A stretch of DNA of 64,000 nt from positions 127,913,741 to 127,977,740 of the forward strand of contig CM041465.1 in NCBI GenBank assembly GCA_023213395.1, read 5' to 3'. The translations under genes and the position numbers were made by a program. The notes under the pieces were generated by a model. It ran no database searches and was not told where the DNA came from. It saw nothing but the letters and a program-made list of their open reading frames with translations. This stretch comes from Cycas panzhihuaensis. Its lineage: Eukaryota; Plantae; Cycadophyta. Of this stretch, positions 13,102-24,805 are shown piece after piece; within the stretch, counting starts at the first letter, position 1, and each line of letters opens with the position of its first letter.

Positions 13102-13586
13102 ACTTAAAAAAACTAAAAAAAACAAATGTGTAAACCCCATGCAAGGTTGACAGGGTCTTACCATATCCCTAAATTCAACACAAAAATCCTCAGCATCTAC
13201 AAGTCTTACTGGTTTGAATGCCAACTCATTGAGCTTCGAATGGGCTGAAAGATAGCCTCTCATCCCGGTCAGTAGAAACCTTTTATTCCCAAACCACGAG
13301 GTCCTCCTACTGTTGGCATAGATCTGGGAAAAGAAGAGCCTGAATCCCTTGCTAAGTATCACAAGATTTCTGCCTTGTGATGGCTTTGCCTCCATCCTGG
13401 AATGATTGGGAGATCTTCCCATAATAAATGTGTCTGGGAGCATGGGCCGGATGACCTCATGTCCACGGAAAGATGGATGCCATTGTGTCCGAAGACCCTG
13501 CGTATAGCCTAGTGCTGCCACCCGTTTGGAAATCAGAAACCCTAACCTGCGAGTTGAGCCGATCCATCCAGTTTAAATACTTATCA

Positions 13587-16190
13587 TAACTACTCTATCT
13601 TGTACAAGTTATTTTCTTATCTAGTACTTACTTAATCTCTTCCTTATTTTCCTTTGTATTTGTTGCATCAAATTCACTTCTTCCTCCTTACCTTATATCT
13701 TATCATCTCTTTTATGAAAATAGTACAAATGAAAAACATTAAATACATGCAAAATATTAAGGTTATGGTGTAGATTTACCTCATAAGCATTCTCATTAAT
13801 TTTCTTCATAATTTTATAAGGAACTATATTTTTATATTTTAACTTATTATATGTACCTTGAGAAAACCTATTTTTCCTCAAGTACACCATCACTAAATAC
13901 CATTCCACAAATACTTATATTTTCCTACTTAAATGTATCACTATCTTATTATTATTATTTTGCAACTTTCTCTTTACCTCATTATACACCTATTAAATGT
14001 GTTCTTTAAGGGCCCCCACATAATTACTTATCTTGTCGTTAATGGATAATTATACAAAATCTAACACCCCATTGGGATTCTTGCCATACACAATTTAGAA
14101 TGGTGTCTTACCTGTCAGTCAACCTATTCTTTGAGCTCTTATATATGAATTTATGCTATGTTAATGCTAAGTCTAATTCTTTGGACTTCTCTTTAATGAT
14201 ACATATTAATAGGTTTTCCAATGTCTAATTTACCACCTTTGTCTACCCATTAGTTTATAGTTAGTAAGCACTACTGAATTATAGATTTATTCTTAATTTC
14301 TTTCATAATTTTCTCAAAAAATAACTTAAAAACATGTTATCTCTATAAAAAATAATAGTTGTCAATATCCTATAATTAGCAACCTCTTTAAAAGGTAAAT
14401 TTGCTATCCATATAATATCACTATTCTTTTAACATGTAATAAAATAAGTCATTTTTTGAAATTCTATCCACAATAAAAAATATAGTTATTTGGAAATCCT
14501 AATAGAAAGTTTATACTCAAGTTTATTTATGGCCCTTTTGGCACTACTAATTACATACATAGTTTAGTGTTCTATGTATGTCCTTTGGTTACTTTACAAA
14601 TATTACACCTTACCATATACTTTTCCACATGTTTCTTCATCTTTAGTCAATAGTAATTCTCCTCCACTAGAGTTATGGTCTCATTCCTACCAAAGTGTCT
14701 GCAAGACCTCCACTGTATAATCCCTTCATAATGTTATTCCTCATGGATCCAACTAGAATATATAATTAATTTTCCTTGAATAGTTATTTATCTTACATAA
14801 AATAGACATCATAATTAAACCTAATTCCATTAACTAAGACACTCCTATAATGTTCTATAACTTTACTAAATTTGGGTCAACATCATATAAATCTTTTAAA
14901 GCATTAAATCCAACTACTTCACCACCAAAGTTGTTATTAGTACTAGCTTCTTTCTCAATGCATTAATATTTTGATTCTAATTTCCTAACTTATATTTTAG
15001 GATGAAATTAAAACCTTGCAAGTATGATATCCATTTTGTATGCCTAGCATTTAACTTTTTCACATGGTCACATACCTTAAGTCTTGATGATCTATAAATA
15101 AGATAAATTCTTTAAGCACATGATAGTACCTCCAATACCTCAATGCTTGCATAATAACATAGGATTCTATATCATAACTAGAATACTTCTTCCTTACCTC
15201 ATTGAACTTCTTATTGTGATATGCTATTAACCTTCTTTCTTAACTTTATATGGCCTTACTAACCACACGTGAAGTATCGCAATTGACCTTAAATACTTTA
15301 CCAAAATCTGGCAATGCTAAAATAAGTATTTTTATTACCTTTTAATTCTATAATTGGAAAATCTATTCTATGGCCTTTATTTAAATAAATTCTTATTTGT
15401 TTCAATAATATATAAGTAGTGCAATAATGCTACTAAAGTTTTTGTTGAACTTTCTATAAATAGTAGCTAACCCATATAATCTTCTTGTCTCTATCATTCT
15501 TCATGGAGTGGGCTACTTAACAATTATCTTAACTTTATCTTTATCCATTCATAGTTATTCTTACAAAATAATAACCCCTTAAAATATCAAGCTCCTCTAC
15601 ATGAACCTATATTTCTATAAGTTTGCATATAGTTTCTCCTTCCTTAACATTGAAAGAACCTTCCTTATGTGTATAAGGTGTCCCTCCTTGATTTTACTAA
15701 ATATTAAAATATCATTAGAATAAACCATCATAAACTTACTAATATAATATTTTAATACTATTTTCATTAGCCTCATAAATGTACTTAGTGCATTAGACAT
15801 TCCAAATGGAATAACTAACCACTCATATAATCCATACCTAATTTTGAAGGCCATCTTCCATTCATCTTCTTCTCAAATTTAAATATGGTAATAACCACTC
15901 TTTAGGTCATTCCTTGAGAAGCACAAAGCTCTTGCTGGCACATCCATTATGTCATCCATCTAAGGTATAGGATACCTATACTTGATGGTAATCTTATTGA
16001 TTACCTTACAATTAATATAAAACCTACAACTACCATCTCTCTATAGGGCTAATAATATAGGAGCCATGTATGGACTTAAGTTATTTCTCACCATAGTTTT
16101 TTTTATGTTAACTCACCTATCTACTTATATAATTTTGCATTCCCTATTAGGCTCATTCTATAGGCTACCTAATTTATTAGATCATGCTAA
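13587..16190 (-). pseudogene. pol: Gypsy pol pseudogene (RT-RNaseH-integrase-chromodomain N-half)
   Basis: Motifs as above; many stops and frameshifts. Confidence 0.88.
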
Positions 16191-16438
16191 TTATTTTAGG
16201 TTATGAGCCTCCTCTTAACTTTTTATAATTTATTAGGTTCAAAATTTTTTTATGTTTATATGATTGATGAGTCAATAGGGGTTATAACTTTCATTTCACA
16301 TGTGCCATTTAGTTAGGATTAATATTTTACTCTAATATTATATTTATATACATATAGTGCATTGTAAATACTATAATGAGAGATCATTTGGAAATAAGAT
16401 TTTATCAAGTATTTTGAAATTAAATTTGATATGTTTGA

Positions 16439-19400
16439 AGTAAAGGGAATTCCTCAATACTTCAATAATTTATGTGAATCTATAAATACATTACAATTGG
16501 TATGGAACAAATGGTAATCACTTAATAAGATCTTACCACTTGTCACTTAGAGAGAGAAATGGGGAATGATACATGACCCTCATAAATTGTCTTTAAGACC
16601 ACTTTAATTTTATAAAGTATTCTAGAAGTATCCTAGATAAAACATTACTTTTAACATCCTCTCTTAATATTTTATTTATTTTATTCCTAACTAATTTCTA
16701 AAAGTGATAAATTTCTCTCTACTTAGGGGTTTTGTAAGAATATTAATAGTTTGATTTTCTAATGTACAATGCAAAAGTTTAATTTCTTTGTTTAAAAATT
16801 TTTCTCTGATGAAATGATGATATACTTCTATATGTTTGGTCTTTGTATGTAGTATTAGATTCTTTGTCATATTAATTGTGCTTTGATTATCATAGAATAG
16901 CTGAATAGTACTATTTATTCTTATCCAAGATCTTTTAGGACTTGTCTAATCCATAATCCTTTACATACTACATTTATTATTGACTTGTACTTTATTTCTA
17001 TTGAAGACAAGGCAACTATATATTTCTTTTTGCTACTCTAAGAAATTAAGACTACTCTTAGAAAGAAATAGTATCATAATGTTGATTTTCTGTCTATCCT
17101 ATCTCCTGCCGAGTCAGAATCATAGAACTTTATTAACTATATGTTATTGTCCTTTATATATTTTAATCCAAGATTTATAGTCCCTTTCAAGTACTGTAGA
17201 ATTCTTTTTGTAGTGTTCTAATAAGGTATCTTTGGATTTTTCATAAACTTGGAGACTACACCAATTGCATAGGAAATGCCTGGTCTTGTAGTTATAAGAT
17301 AGATCAAGCTTCTCATTAGTTATTTGTATATAGTTGCATTAACTGATTGTGCTTCTTGTTCAATATTTAACACACACCTAATCTCCATGAGAGTGGAAAC
17401 ATTATTGTAATTTTCCATATTGAACCTATTTAGTACATTTTTAATATATTAGATTAAGAGACGACAACAAGGTTATTGTTTTGTCAAATCTTTATTCCCA
17501 AATAATAATGTAATATTCTAAGATCTATCATTTTAAAAACCTTTTCAAACTATCTCTTAATGAGTGTAATTAAACCTTCATCATTTCTTATGATTAACAT
17601 TTCATCTACGTACACTATTATAATGGAGAATAATCCTTGACTAAATTTTACATATATATTATGATCTGACTCACACTTGTGAAATCTATTTTGGATTAGA
17701 TATATGCCTAACTTAGCATACCAAGCTCTTGGTGCTTGATTGAGTCTATATAATGTCTTCTTTAGCTTGTAGACCAAAATTTCTTGACTAGGCTTTGTGT
17801 ACTCTTCTGGTTGGTGTATATAGACTTCTTCTTGGAGATCTCCTTTTAGAAAGGTACTTTTTACATCCATATAATAGTTTTCCTATCCTTTTTTAGTAGC
17901 TATTATGATAATTATTCTCATAGTATTTAATTTTGCTACTAGTGAGAATATTTCCTTATAGTCAATTCCAACTGTTTGTGTGTAGCCTTTAGTCTCTATC
18001 CTTGCTTTGTACTTCTTAATTTTACCACTTAGTTTTTATTTTACTCAATATACTATTTTGTAGTTTATAATAGGTTTACCTTTAGGAGGTTCTATTAGGT
18101 CCTAAGTCTCATTTTTGTAGATGGCTTTTATTTTTTCATCAATTACTATTCTCTAGACTTGGAACTTGCTTATTTTTCTAAAAGTATTTAGTTCAATAGA
18201 GCAAACTCATATTTATGGTTTTTGAGACCTTGTTAAGTTCCCAAATACTTCTCCTTTTATTTCTTCAAGAGTATTAAGATACTGCTTTGGCACCTTTTTA
18301 GAGCTTTGTTCCTATAATGGTCTTAATTTTTATTGATTGATATTGGAATCATTTACTTCACTGATGTTAGGCATCTTTTCTTCTAAAGTATCACTATTTT
18401 TTATTTCGACACTTTCAAAAGTAATAATTGATTCATCTTATGGTTGCATTATATTCAATTTTTTATCATCTATATTTATTTCCTTCATTTCTTAATACTT
18501 AGTTTTAGTGTGTCTTTTTCCTTTGTCAAATATTAGATCCGTACTTACATAAAGTTTGTTTATCTTTGGATTAGGACATCAATATGCTTTAAAGCAGCTA
18601 CTATATCCAACCATCACATATTCTATGCTTTTGTTGTCTAATTTGGTGCCTTTTTTATTAGGAATATATACATAGACTTTGAAACCAAAAACTCTAAGAT
18701 GACTTACATTTGGTTTATATTTCGTTCATATTTCTTTAGGTGTCACTTCATCTAATGCCCGAGTTAGGCTCCTATTGATCGCATATATAGTTGTATTCAC
18801 AACTTTTACCTAATATTTTGTTGTGGTTTCCTTGTCATTTAATAAACATTGAGCCATTTCTAAATTATTCTATTCATTCTTTCTACTACACCATTTGATT
18901 AGGGTGTATATAGAGTTATGACTTATTTATAGATTCTATGTATCTTGCAAAACTAAAAGAAATCATTAGATACAAACTCCCCTCCTCCATCAAAATGAAT
19001 ACATTTAATCTTCTTATTGATTTTAAGTTTTGCTTCTATTTTGAATTCTTTGAAATAATTAAGTGCTTCTAACTTGCTGAATAGAAAGTATATCCATGTT
19101 TTTCTGGAAAAATCATCAATGAGAAAGTATCTCACTCCATTTATTGAGACTAGTGTAAATGGACCAAAAAGATCAGTGTGAATCAAATCTAATTTATCTT
19201 GTACTCGCCATGTGCTTTTTGTAAAAGGAATTCTATATTATGTCCCCATCATATAGCTTTTGTATATAAATGAATTGAATGAAATATTAGGCAAACCATT
19301 TAACATTCTTGAATTCTTTAATCTTTCTAACCTATCATGGGAGATATGGCCATACTTGAGATGCCACATTTCATTAGAATTATTACTTGTCAAAGTAAGT

Positions 19401-21733
19401 GAATTTACATCAGATGGGGATTTAGTAGGTCCTTTGTCAGGTAATGCATGGGTGAAAAACAACTTGTAAAGCCTATTAAATTTTACCCCTTTAGTTATTA
19501 CAACACCATTCTTTTTCATGTCTAAAATGTAATAATGGTAATTTTCATTAAATATTGTTCTCAGCCTTTTTTTGCTTAACTAAGACACTGATAAGAGATT
19601 TTTCTTTATCCATAGTATAAATAAAACATTACCTATTTGTTAAAATTTTCATCAACTTTTATAGCTATTTGGTTAATACCTTTTATATGAAGGGGAGAAT
19701 TATCTTCTAGTTTCATAAATTTATTCAAATCATATGGTTTGAGGGCTTCAAACCATTCTTCAACTCTAATCATGTGGTGAGAAGCTCCTAAGTTGACGTA
19801 TCAATTTTATGATGCACTATAACTTACTGCTAGCACTGTTATAAAAGTAGTTTTAACTTTGTCTTCTAATGAATCTCATTCTCTACTGTAGTTTCTTGAC
19901 ACTTACTTACCTTTTTGAATTTTTGCTCACCTCTAGTAGCACTGATATGGGTAATGTCCTATTTGTCTGTAGTGGTAGCAAATATTGAAGGCCCTATAAT
20001 TGCTTGAAAAGTGACTAAATTTACTACAGTTGAAATAAACTATGGCATTGCATGGAGGAATAGATCTTCCTCTCTTTCTTCCTTTATTCCAATGACCTCT
20101 GATGCTTGTGGGTGCTTTGTCACATATTTCTTGATTACATTGTCCACATCCTCACCCTCCTATGTTTAGTTTAGTGATAAGAGTCTCTTCTATCTTAACA
20201 TCCTCTTCATATCTTTGATTCCTTTGTTCTTGGCCAAGCATATGACCTATAAGAATATTAAAAGATATGGTGGCTATTTGTCCTCTACCTATTAACATAT
20301 TGATCATATTGTCAAAAAGATTTAGTAACTTGTTGAGTACTAGATGTACTAATTCAGTGTAAGTTAATTTATTTCCTACTGTGAGGAGTGTGTTCTTCAT
20401 ATTGATCAATTTAGTTATAAAATTCAAATCTAATTAACCCTCTCTCATTCTAACTTTATATAATTCTTCTCTGAGAGTAATGATTCTATCTTCATTCTTT
20501 CTACTAAACATGGAGGACATGACTTTCTAGATTTCATGGGCACTTTCAACACCATCTATATAAGTCAATAGGGAATCTGAGATTGAGAGTTTAAGGAGTG
20601 ACATAGTATTGTTGTTCCTTTCCTCCTAATTTAATAGATCTACTATGCTAATAGGTTGTTTTTCTTTCCTAATGATAATCCCCTAAGCATATTTGGCTCT
20701 TAAAAGACCCTCAATCTTTATTTTCTATATTCTAAAATTTATTTTGGTCAGTTTATTAGCTTCAAGCATGGATACAATAGAAGAGGCCATATTTAACTAA
20801 TAAAAATAAGAGAATACAATAGAGAAACTTAATGATACATATATATGACTATATAATGTATGAAAAACTACAAATTTTTATAGGTATATGTATTTAAGAA
20901 AAAAGGGGTCTAAATTGAAGTATTCAATAAGCAGAGACTAGATGTACAATTATTTTTTTTAGAAAAATATCTAGATTTATCAGAAATAAAGGTCAAAGTT
21001 TAGATTAACAACTAGGACTGAAAGTGAAATTTTCTTAAAATAAAAAATATCTTTTGAATCTACTTTCAAAATTGGTCTCAAAACATTTGTATTAATAAAA
21101 GAATTATTTTGATATATGTTTTACCTAGATTAATTAAGTTGTATTAAAGAAATATATAGAAAACTCTTCAAACGTATGCCTCTAAAAAAATGGCAAAACC
21201 CCCTTGAAATAGCTTTGGATTATATTGATCCTTTAGAGAGAAATGACATCTATACTATCATAAATTTATTAGTAAAATTTGAGATGATTATAAGAACTTC
21301 AATCTCTTACATCTATATAATGTTTGTATATTGTTTCTTTCCTTGAATTCTTCTTCTGAGATGACTTGTTACTCTATATTAATTGTTCTCTTTGAGAGAT
21401 TTCACTCTTTAGATTGACTTTGTTAATATTTTCTCAAAATTCTAAAGGCCTCCTTATTCAGATTCAGACATGAATTAATTCTTGATGAAACAATTGTAAC
21501 CCACTCTCATACCATGTAAAGAGAATTTCTCAATGCTTCATTAATTGATGGAAATCCATAAATACATTGCAATTAGTATAAGATAAATGACAATCACTTA
21601 ATAATATCTTGCCACTTGTTACTCAAAGAGAGAGAGAGAAAGAGGAAATGATACATGACTCTTATAAAGTATCTTTAGATCACTTTAATTTTACAAAGTA
21701 TTCTAGAAGTATCCTACAACATTGCTTTTAGCA
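16439..21733 (-). mobile_element. Ty1/copia LTR retrotransposon (copia-2), complete, old
   Basis: LTRs 16439-16656 and 21515-21733 (~220 bp, clearly diverged). Perfect TSD tttga (16434-16438 / 21734-21738). Degenerate PBS tggtatgagagt at 21503-21514. PPT aagagagga at 16657-16665. Confidence 0.92.
16690..20790 (-). pseudogene. copia-2 gag-pol pseudogene
   Basis: WHLKYGH; IHTDLFGP..IDDFSRKTW..DGGGEF; MDVKSTFLKGDLQEEVY..VYVDEML; HTKTKHIEVYHHF. Confidence 0.9.
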
Positions 21734-24700
21734 TTTGATAGGTTAATTCTTTTAATTTTGGTTCTCTATTATATACATTATAATTTAATATAGTATTAAA
21801 GTTGTTTATAGCTATAGTATCAATTGCAATTATTGGTTATTATACTACTTTTGGTGTGTTTATAGGATTGTTCTTTTTTACACATTATAAATATTATTTA
21901 TCAATTGGGTTATTTAGTTGTTAGATAGGTTCATAATTTCATATTATAAGGATTTGGTTTATGGGCTTGAACATTTAATTTTCTATAAGAAAATAGCTCA
22001 TCTAATGAGCATTTTAGATAACTACATGAGACTTGTATACCTACATGTAACTAAACTAGGGTTGGATTCCATAATTTTAAATTTTGAACTATGAGAGCAT
22101 AATTTGTTGCTACATCCTAAGGGACATTAGGACACTATTGAAAGCGAAAGGAACCACCATAGGAAAATAGACATATAAATGGAACTTAAATCCATTGTAA
22201 TGGTCTTCCTATGAAGACTATAATAAGAGATGATTTTGGAATGAGATTTTATCAAGTATTTTGAAATTAACTTTCATATATTTGATAGGTTAATCCTTCT
22301 GATTTAAGTATTCTATTACATATTTTGCAAAGTCTAAGAGATATTAAATTATATTAAAATCTAATTTTAAGTCCATAATGAAGTATTTACATATTATCCA
22401 TTGATCAAATGGTTACTTAGGAGCTAGAACTATTATTAAATAATAAGGTGTCTATTTTGTTAAATTAAATATACTACAATGTTTGATTTTTTGAGATCTA
22501 TGATCTAGTAATGGTCACATATATAAATGCTTGGTATTTTTTTTTTATTTTTTTATAATAATGTTTTAACTACCTATAAGTATATTGAGGTAGAAAACAC
22601 ACTCATATTAGTTACGTGCATGTAGAATAAAGACTTTTATAGCTTTATTACTTTGTTTCTATACATGTTTATCTACTTTATAGTTGTTATTTGTTTATTT
22701 TCTACTTAAAATAGCTAGTGGAGGTGGTATAATGGGTATAATCACTAAAAAATTAACAACTCTTGAGAATTATACTATTTAAAAATATTATATGTTTAAT
22801 TTCTTTTATTTGAATGATCTCTAGAAGTATGTAGATAATTTTGTAATAAGTGAAGATGCTACAAAGATCATTGTATTTCAAAATAAATTAAATAATAATA
22901 CTAATTTTAATATTGAATATCAATAAAATATGTAAATAATATTTATTTTTCTTAATGTGTTAATTGATAATAATATTATCTTATATATCAAGGATGCTAT
23001 TATATTGGAGTAGATATAGGATACAATCATAAATCTATTTGAGCATAAGGAATTACATAAGAGCCCTAAAATTGTAGAGTTAGTTGTATAGCTTAAAGAT
23101 GACTGAGAATATAATGGAATACATATAATATTTAAAATTGATTTAGGATCAACTATTAAATATAGGAAAGATCATTTTTAATTGAGAGATCATTGCCTAC
23201 ATACTAAGAAGTATACCACCCCAATATGAGAACTTCACAATTACATTAACTGTGGTTGATAAATTATCCACTCTAATAATTGGTTCTTTAGAATCTCTAC
23301 TTATGGAATATGAGTATTAGTTAAAACATATGCATGATGAATTATTTGGGAAGTTGTTATCCAAATTAAAAGGAAAAATACCCCCTATTTTAAAAAAGAC
23401 ATGCCTTCTAGACTTGCAGTTCAAAAGGATATACTAGGAGCTTCAAAGAGACAATATAGGCCAAAGTGTTATCATTATAGAAAATTGCATCACATTAGAA
23501 AGAACTCTTTAGAATAGTAATAACATCAACCCAAAGAATAAAGGCAATAATAATGACCACTTGAATAGTATTGTAATGTTATAAATATAATAGAGGGTTC
23601 ACCTAATGAAATTTTATAAAATGATTATTTATTGTAGCATATAAAATGGGTTTTGATATATAGGATATCTAGTTCATTCATTTAGGTACATCAACATACA
23701 TGATTCAAAGGTTAGAATGGTTCCTTTAAATGTGGAAAGCAAATAGAAAAGGTACCATTAGAGACGACATTAATTTGGAAGCCACAAGAGTTAGAAAAGT
23801 ACCAATTATCATATCTAATTATGAAGATAATACTTGGATATTATTTTGTATGTACCAAATTTGAAGGCTAATCTTATGTTATTTGATAAAATTGAATAAC
23901 AAGATATAACTGTGACATTTACTTGAGGATAGTATATGATATGAAATAAATAGAATAATATTGTATCCAAGGGACTTAGAGAGAATAATTTATATAAACT
24001 ATAAGGATATTCTTATGTACATAGAGCATTCCTTGTAATATATCCAAAATAAAAGTTATAACATGAATGAATGGATCATTTAAATTAAAGTAATTTCTAA
24101 TTAATGTATAAGTTAAAAATGGTATATGGTCTTCTTATGATAAATAATAAAGGTTATTTATGTGAACCCTATATATTTGGAAAATAATACATAGAGCTTT
24201 TTCTAAAGAAGAAAGCATAGAGAGCTAGAGAGAAGTTAGGATTGGTTCATTTAGATATATGTAAACCAATGTTTATCATCTCACTAGGTGGGGTGAGAAA
24301 CTTTATCAGTTTAATTGATGAATTTTTATAAAAATTATAGGTTTTTCCATTGAGGAAAAAATCATAAGCCTTTACCTACAAATAATTTAAGGTGTTGGTA
24401 AAGAATGAAAGTGGACATAAGATAAAGGTCTTATGAACTCACACTCATGGAGAGTCCTCTTCGAATGAGTTTAATTAATTTTATAAAGATTATAGAATTA
24501 AGAGGATGTTTGCTACTACCTATATGCCTTGACAAAATAGAATTGCTAAGAAGATGAATAAAACTTTAGTTAAAACATCCAAAGTGATGATGAGAGAAAA
24601 GAATTATATATCTAGAAAATAGAACTAGTTGAAAGGATGTTAGGAACATAACACCTAAGGAGGCTTGGTTAGATAGAAAATTAACTATAAGTTAGTTGAG

Positions 24701-24805
24701 AGTCTTTGGGCATATATTGTACATGTGTATTCCTAAGAAGAAATGATATGAGTTTTATTATAAAGGTATAAATTACATCCTTATTAGATATTTTAAAGGA
24801 AATAA

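Larger units (their letters stand above)
458..13569 (-). mobile_element. Full-length L1-type LINE (~6.3 kb net of the nested copia) with RNase H
   Basis: Poly(A) tail seen as T8 at 458-465. 17-bp TSD agtttaaatacctatta (441-457) / agtttaaatacttatca (13570-13586). ORF1 and ORF2 remnants lie between. Confidence 0.93.
1..16190 (-). mobile_element. Degenerate chromoviral Ty3/gypsy (CRM-like) retrotransposon, 5'-truncated, interrupted by a LINE
   Basis: Minus-strand pol remnants at 13587-16190: xNxxAYRMS, LKSGYYHI, MAFKIRYGLYEWLVIPFGMSNA (15615-15854), integrase HFGRxxT zinc finger, MVYLRKNRFSQGTYNKLK (13693-13908). The chromodomain is completed at ~360-457. gag and the 5' LTR were not found. Confidence 0.88.

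Noticed and set aside
13538-13546. AAACCCTAA telomeric motif at the LINE 5' end
   Set aside because: Single unit; at most a telo-box, not a telomeric array.
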